DNA from: Spirochaetales bacterium
GTDB taxonomy: Bacteria; Spirochaetota; JAAYUW01
Direction of reading: 5' to 3'
Assembly: GCA_012797605.1 (NCBI GenBank)
Contig: JAAZOT010000015.1
Location: forward strand, 45,569 to 109,568
DNA: 64,000 bases
Positions 58,447-64,000 of the stretch are shown one piece after another. A program made the position numbers and the translations under genes. Numbering within the stretch: position 1 is the first letter of the stretch; each line of letters opens with the position of its first letter. The notes under the pieces were generated by a model. The model was not told where the DNA came from, made no database searches, and saw only the letters and a program-made list of their open reading frames with translations.

Positions 58447-60966
58447 TTAAATAAACAGATTCAATGAACTTGTTGATGCTGCTTCCATGTATGTTGCAAC
58501 ACCACCGATTTTTACATTATCAAGTAGTTCTTCTTTCTTTACGCCCATTATATCCATAGACATTTGACATGCTACAAAGTTTATGCCTGCATCTATAGCT
58601 TGCTGAATCATCTTATCAAGTTGATCAACATTTTTTTGTTTCATTCTTAGTTTCATCATCAAAGGTCCAATATTTAACATATTTAATTTCGATAGGCTTA
58701 ACTTTCCAGAATGTTTCGGAAGCATTAAAGAAAACATCTTACCCATAAAATCTTTTTTAACTTTTGCTTTTTTTCTTCTTTTAATAACCGATAAACCCCA
58801 GAATGTGAAAAACATCGTAACCTTTCTTCCAGTACTTGCTGCACCTAAAGCTAAAACAAATGATGCCAGTGCTTTATCCATATCATCGGAAAAAACAATT
58901 ATTGTCGAATCATTTAAGTTACTTATTGTATCTTTTTTCATTATAGATTGCCCAATAGATGGATTTTCATTAATGGATCCTTTTTGAATCTTTGCTGTTA
59001 TTATGCCAGAATTTTCATTTAATGATATTAAAGTATTCTTAGTAAGATTTACCCATGCTGAAACATCTTTTTTAAAACCAGGATCTGTAGCCTTTACTTC
59101 GACTACTTGTCCAGAATTTAAACTATCAAAAGTTGTTTTTAGTTTAAGTATTGGACCTGGGCATTGAAGACCACATGCATCTATCGCTATGACTTCTGAA
59201 ATATTGCCTCTTTCAGCACCTTTAACAGGCTGATTTTGTCCCATTGGGTTTGCTTGATAAATTATATCGTCTTTACCAATATAATCTTTCTCAAATATAT
59301 CTTCATTCGATTGTTTTTGAGTGACATGTTCATATGTCTTATAACCACCAGAAAGGTTATAAATGTTTTCAAAGCCATTTTGAGCAAGTATTCGATATGC
59401 AACATAACCTCTTAGTCCAACACCACAAAAGACTATGATCTTTTTGTCCTTAGGTATTTTATTTACATTAATTCTAAGTTCATCAACAGGGATATTTACA
59501 GATCCAGGTATCGTTCCAAGTAAGAATTCCTCATTTGTTCTAACATCTAGTAAAAATATAGAGTTTTTGTCCATGGAAATTAAGTCATCCCAATGTATTT
59601 GATTTAATTTTTTATTTAAGATATTTTCTGCTACAAAGCCAGCGATATTAATGGGGTCTTTTGCAGATGAAAATGGTGGAGCGTAAGCATGTTCAAAATT
59701 TAGCATGTCTTCAATTGTTCCACCTTTTTGAATTAAGGCTGCGATAACATCTATTCTCTTATCTACTCCTTCATAACCTACTATCTGGCTACCGAGTATT
59801 TTTTTATTATCAAGATCGAATAGTACTTTTAATGTAAGAGGTAATGCACCTGGGTAATATCCAGCATGAGAAGAAGCATGAATTATAACTTTATCATAGT
59901 TAATTTTATATTGTTTTATGGTTTTCTCTGATAGTCCAGTTGATGCTACTGTCAAATCAAATACTTTCGCTATGGCTGTTCCTATCGAACCAAGATATTT
60001 TCTTTTTGGTCCATATACAATATTATCTGCAACAATCCTCCCTTGTTTGTTTGCTGGTCCAGCAAGAGGAACATTTATATTTTCATTTAAAAGAAGATGC
60101 TTCCCTTCTATGGCATCGCCAATTGCATAAATATCTGGATCACTTGTCTGCAAATATTCATTAACTAAAATACCACCTCGGTTACCAATCTTTAAGTTTG
60201 CTTGTTTTGCAAGATTAGATTCTGGTCTTACTCCGATAGATAAAATTACCATGTCACAGTAGATTTTTTTACCACTTTTTAAGTTAACACCAATTTTTTC
60301 TTCTTTAGTATCAAAGCTTGCAACGGAATCATTCAAGTAAAATTCAACCCCTTTTGTCTTTAAGTGTTGATGAATTTCAGAGGCAATTTCAAAATCAACT
60401 TGAGGCATGACCTGTGGAGCCATCTCTACAAGTGTTACAAGTAACCCAAGATTATAAAGGTTTTCTGCCGTTTCAAGACCAATAAAACCAGCTCCAACTA
60501 TTACTGCTTTCCTAACATTTCTTTCTTTAATAAAATTTTTGATATTTAATGTATCCTTTGGATTTCTTAATGTAAATATTCTTTTATCGTCAATTCCAGG
60601 AAGAGGGGGTTTAAAAGGTTCTGCTCCAGGAGAAAGCACAAGTTTATCGTAAGAAATTTTTCCAATTTCAGATGTCACTAAATTTTTATAATGAACTTCC
60701 TTTTTAGCTGGATCTATTTTAATTACCTCATGATTTACCCTGACATCGACATTGAACCTTGCATTGAAGGATTGAGGGGTTTGAACAAACAAATTGTCCC
60801 ATTCTTTAATAGTTTCTCCGATGTAATATGGTAAGCCACAATTTGCATAAGAGATATATTCACCTCTTTCAAAGAGTATTATTTCAGATTTTTCATCAAT
60901 TCTTCTAAGTCTTGCTGCAGTAGTAGCACCACCAGCAACACCACCAACTATGATGTATCTAGCCAT
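58447..60966 (-). CDS. CoA-disulfide reductase / NAD(P)H oxidase fused to rhodanese, TusA-like and DsrE/DsrF-like domains
   Basis: 839 aa. AAGGAG RBS. FAD site GGVAGGATTAARL with redox Cys in SYANCGLPY. Second dinucleotide site VIVGAGFIGLE. Rhodanese with active-site Cys (IVFCGVGLRG). TusA-like CPGP motif (ACGLQCPGPIL). C-terminal DsrE/DsrF-like domain (LASFVLALGAASTGRKVTMFFTFWG). Confidence 0.85.
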   Translation of the reverse strand: MARYIIVGGVAGGATTAARLRRIDEKSEIILFERGEYISYANCGLPYYIGETIKEWDNLFVQTPQSFNARFNVDVRVNHEVIKIDPAKKEVHYKNLVTSEIGKISYDKLVLSPGAEPFKPPLPGIDDKRIFTLRNPKDTLNIKNFIKERNVRKAVIVGAGFIGLETAENLYNLGLLVTLVEMAPQVMPQVDFEIASEIHQHLKTKGVEFYLNDSVASFDTKEEKIGVNLKSGKKIYCDMVILSIGVRPESNLAKQANLKIGNRGGILVNEYLQTSDPDIYAIGDAIEGKHLLLNENINVPLAGPANKQGRIVADNIVYGPKRKYLGSIGTAIAKVFDLTVASTGLSEKTIKQYKINYDKVIIHASSHAGYYPGALPLTLKVLFDLDNKKILGSQIVGYEGVDKRIDVIAALIQKGGTIEDMLNFEHAYAPPFSSAKDPINIAGFVAENILNKKLNQIHWDDLISMDKNSIFLLDVRTNEEFLLGTIPGSVNIPVDELRINVNKIPKDKKIIVFCGVGLRGYVAYRILAQNGFENIYNLSGGYKTYEHVTQKQSNEDIFEKDYIGKDDIIYQANPMGQNQPVKGAERGNISEVIAIDACGLQCPGPILKLKTTFDSLNSGQVVEVKATDPGFKKDVSAWVNLTKNTLISLNENSGIITAKIQKGSINENPSIGQSIMKKDTISNLNDSTIIVFSDDMDKALASFVLALGAASTGRKVTMFFTFWGLSVIKRRKKAKVKKDFMGKMFSLMLPKHSGKLSLSKLNMLNIGPLMMKLRMKQKNVDQLDKMIQQAIDAGINFVACQMSMDIMGVKKEELLDNVKIGGVATYMEAASTSSLNLFI

Positions 60967-61212
60967 CTTTTACTCCTTATAATAAATTAAATAGCTTTAA
61001 AAAATACAGTATAATAATAACAATTTTAACTTAAAAAGGCAATATATTAAAAAAAAATTTAGAAAATTAAATTTAACTTTTAAATCAGTATCAAAGTAAT
61101 CTATTCTTAATCTATATTTTAATATCTAAACACTTGTAAATATTTTTACAAAAATTTATTATTGAAAATTTAATAAAATGTTAATGAAAAATCTGTTTAA
61201 ATACTAGAAAAA

Positions 61213-61253
61213 CAAAAAAAGGTTATCCAAGAATTTTTGGATAACCTTTTTTT
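61213..61253. terminator. bidirectional intrinsic terminator hairpin (serves the minus-strand pduL-like gene)
   Basis: A-run (61213..61220), stem GGTTATCCA, loop AGAATTTT, stem TGGATAACC, T-run (61247..61253). Confidence 0.55.
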
Positions 61254-61283
61254 GTTTTTCTTTTATATAAATAATAAAATATT

Positions 61284-61862
61284 CTACTTTATTACCTTTA
61301 TTATATCACCATTTTTAATGGAAGCAGCGCTTCCTTCATCAAAGTCTAGATGGCATTCGGGTAAAAATGAATCTTTTACTCTAATTACTACATCTTTATA
61401 TATTGTTTTTCTTCCTTCAATTCCGACTTCAACAGATACTATCTGTTTATCTTTAAGCCCCATTTCATCAGCTGTTTTTGGGTCTAGATGAATATGTCTT
61501 TTTGCTATTATTAAACCTTCTTTTAGTTCAACTTTACCTTTTGGTCCTATAATAGTCATTGGAGAAGAGCCTTGCAAATCACCAGATTCTTTAACTGCTG
61601 GAGGTTCAATTCCTAAAATAAATGCATCTGAATACATGATTTCACATTGTGTTTGATTTCTTGTAGGTCCAAGTATTCTTACTTTTGGGAATTCACCTTT
61701 AGGTCCAACTAATTTAACGCATTCTTCAGCAGCAAATTGTCCTGGTTGAAGTAAATCTTTAATCTTTTTAAGTTGATAACCTTTTCCAAAAAGAGTTTCA
61801 AGATCTTGCTGTGAGAGGTGAATATGTCGGTTAGAAAGGTTAACAATGACTGTGTCTTTCAT
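61284..61862 (-). CDS. pduL: phosphate propanoyl/acetyltransferase, PduL family
   Basis: 192 aa. AGGAG RBS. Two PduL repeats with the conserved SNRHIHLS, QPGQFA, VRILGP and IIAKRHIHLD motifs. Confidence 0.8.
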   Translation of the reverse strand: MKDTVIVNLSNRHIHLSQQDLETLFGKGYQLKKIKDLLQPGQFAAEECVKLVGPKGEFPKVRILGPTRNQTQCEIMYSDAFILGIEPPAVKESGDLQGSSPMTIIGPKGKVELKEGLIIAKRHIHLDPKTADEMGLKDKQIVSVEVGIEGRKTIYKDVVIRVKDSFLPECHLDFDEGSAASIKNGDIIKVIK

Positions 61863-62051
61863 TTAATCTCCTTATTTCTTTTAAAAATTAAGATAGATAA
61901 TAAAAAATATTATTTTTATAGAATGAAAATAAAAATTTTAGCAAAAAAAAAATAACAAAATGTAATTAAAAAGTAAATAAAAATTTAATGCAATTTTTGA
62001 TATATGAATTAAATTTAATTTAATGAAAGTTTATTTATAGGAGTCAAATGT

Positions 62052-63176
62052 ATGGATTATGAAGAATTGTATAGAGATTGTACTTGGGTTGACTTTGATA
62101 CGCTAACAGAATTTATGATTGAAGTCTTTAAGAAAGTTGGGGTGCCTGAAGAAGATGCTAAAATATGCGCTGATGTCCTTATAACTTCAGATAAAAGAGG
62201 GATAGATTCTCATGGTATAGGGAGATTTAAACCAATTTATATAGATAGAATAAATGAGGGGATAATAAATCCAAAGACTACTTTTGAAATTGTCCGTGAG
62301 TCTCCAACAACTGCTGTTATTGATGGTCATAATGGGATGGGTCAGGTCATTGGATATAGGTCAATGAAAATAGCGATTGAGAAGGCGAAAAAGTATGGTA
62401 TGGGAATGGTCGCAGTTAGAAATTCAAATCATTATGGTATCGCTGGATATTATTCATTAATGGCTTCTGATAACGGTATGATAGGCATAACAGGTACTAA
62501 TGCGAGACCTTCAATCGCTCCAACTTTTGGAGTAGAAAATATGCTAGGGACAAATCCACTAACAATCGGTTTTCCTACGGATGAAGAGTTTTCATTTTGT
62601 ATAGACTGTGCAACATCTATTACCCAAAGAGGTAAAATTGAAGTTTATGCAAGATTAAATAAAGAAATGCCAAAGGGTTGGGTTATAGACGAAAATGGAG
62701 AATCAAAAACAGATCCTAATATTGTTCTAGAAGACTTAATAAAAGGAAGAGCGGCCTTGACTCCTCTTGGTGGCATTGGTGAAGAAACTGGTGGATATAA
62801 AGGTTATGGTTATGCAGTAGTGGTAGAGGTTTTGTCTAGTGCTTTAGCTGGAGGAGCTTACTTAAAATCCCTTTTAGGTTATGATGAAAATGGTAAAAAA
62901 ATTCCCTACAAACTAGGACACTTTTTTATAGCTATTAATATAGAAAATTTTATAGATCTAGAAAGTTTTAAGAAAACAGCCGGTGATATAATGAGAAAAC
63001 TTAGAAATTCAAAAAAAATGCCAGGGCAACAAAGGATATGGACAGCAGGAGAAAAAGAATATGATGCATACCTTTATAGAAAAGATAAAGGAGTTCCTAT
63101 AGATCAAGTTCTTCAAAAGCAGATTAAAGAGCTTATTGAAAAATATGATTTAAGACATTTTAATTTTCCATTCTAA
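62052..63176 (+). CDS. Ldh2-family (malate/L-lactate/L-sulfolactate-type) NAD(P)H-dependent 2-hydroxyacid dehydrogenase
   Basis: 374 aa. ATAGGAG RBS. Pattern typical of the Ldh_2 family (DSHGIGRF, NSNHYGIAGYY, TNPL..GFP). Confidence 0.75.
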   Translation: MDYEELYRDCTWVDFDTLTEFMIEVFKKVGVPEEDAKICADVLITSDKRGIDSHGIGRFKPIYIDRINEGIINPKTTFEIVRESPTTAVIDGHNGMGQVIGYRSMKIAIEKAKKYGMGMVAVRNSNHYGIAGYYSLMASDNGMIGITGTNARPSIAPTFGVENMLGTNPLTIGFPTDEEFSFCIDCATSITQRGKIEVYARLNKEMPKGWVIDENGESKTDPNIVLEDLIKGRAALTPLGGIGEETGGYKGYGYAVVVEVLSSALAGGAYLKSLLGYDENGKKIPYKLGHFFIAINIENFIDLESFKKTAGDIMRKLRNSKKMPGQQRIWTAGEKEYDAYLYRKDKGVPIDQVLQKQIKELIEKYDLRHFNFPF

Positions 63177-63298
63177 TAATATCTTCCTAATATTAATAAC
63201 AAAAATCGAATATAGTTTAAGAAAAAAGAATATAAATAGAAGGTAACATAAAAATTGTTAAAAAATATGAAAGAATTACTAAAAATAAAGAGGGAAAA

Positions 63299-64000
63299 AT
63301 GAAAAAACACACAATAAAAAACTTAAAAGAAGAAAGTTTGAAATATCATGAAATGGGGCAACCTGGTAAAATCGCTACACTCTTAACAAAACCATGCAAA
63401 ACAGCAGTGGATCTATCACTTGCTTATACGCCAGGAGTTGCAGCACCTGTTTTAGAGATTGAAAAAGATCCATTGAATGTCTTTAAGTACACAAATAGGG
63501 GAAATCTTGTTGCTGTAGTTTCTAATGGAACCGCAATTTTAGGACTTGGGGATAGAGGGGCACTAGCAAGTAAACCAGTTATGGAAGGTAAAGGTGTATT
63601 ATTTAAAAGATTTGCAGATATTGATGTCATAGATATCGAAATAGATACCCATGATCCTGAAAAGATAATAGAAATAGTCAAGTTGCTTGAACCAACCTTT
63701 GGAGGGGTAAATCTCGAGGATATAAAAGCACCAGAATGTTTTTATATTGAACAATCTCTCATTGAAAAATGCTCCATACCAATATTTCATGATGATCAAC
63801 ATGGAACAGCTATAATCTCAGGAGCAGGTTTATTAAATGCTTTAGAGATTACTGGAAAAAAGATGGAGAATATCAAAGTTGTCTTTAACGGTGCTGGAGC
63901 TGCTGGTATTGCTTGTGCTAAACATTTTATAAAACTAGGACTTTCAAAGCAACAGATAATAATGTGTGATAGTAAAGGGGTCATATATAAAGGAAGAAAA
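63299..64000 (+). CDS. NAD(P)-dependent malic enzyme (N-terminal ~234 aa; continues beyond the window)
   Basis: AGAGGGAAAA RBS then ATG at 63299. Not in the ORF track because it has no stop inside the window. Small-type malic enzyme motifs [32 protein letters not shown] and the NAD site [10 protein letters not shown]. Confidence 0.85.
   Translation, partial: MKKHTIKNLKEESLKYHEMGQPGKIATLLTKPCKTAVDLSLAYTPGVAAPVLEIEKDPLNVFKYTNRGNLVAVVSNGTAILGLGDRGALASKPVMEGKGVLFKRFADIDVIDIEIDTHDPEKIIEIVKLLEPTFGGVNLEDIKAPECFYIEQSLIEKCSIPIFHDDQHGTAIISGAGLLNALEITGKKMENIKVVFNGAGAAGIACAKHFIKLGLSKQQIIMCDSKGVIYKGRK

Overview
Very AT-rich bacterial chromosomal window (G+C roughly a quarter to a third by eye, not computed). 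About 55 genes on both strands, densely packed with short intergenic regions. I found no transposase, integrase, CRISPR array, phage gene or rRNA, so this reads as core chromosome from a diderm-type organism (lnt, OmpA-like domain, many lipoproteins). Recognisable housekeeping genes: asnS, metG, oppABCDF, lnt, xseAB, murA, queA, guaBA, an initiator tRNA-fMet, dCMP deaminase, a P5C dehydrogenase, mazG, and an RsmB/F-type methyltransferase. The more interesting content is signalling and envelope related. (1) An OmpA-C-like protein sits just upstream of two translationally coupled membrane PAS sensor proteins. They look like a complementary split histidine kinase: the first has an intact ATP-binding domain but no phosphoacceptor His, the second has a canonical H-box but a degenerate ATP-binding domain. 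(2) A 1179-aa protein combines a P-loop NTPase, TPR-like repeats, a GAF-like region and a degenerate GGDEF domain, and its 3' end overlaps asnS. (3) A HAMP class III adenylate cyclase follows a stand-alone PAS protein. (4) An expanded LemA/TPM cluster of four genes. (5) A four-domain CoA-disulfide reductase-rhodanese-TusA-DsrE fusion sits next to YkgJ, PduL, an Ldh2-family dehydrogenase and malic enzyme. Several ORF-track starts look overextended (lemA, guaA uses TTG, murA, the lipoprotein at 26331). All domain calls come from reading motifs in the translations by eye; no database searches were run.
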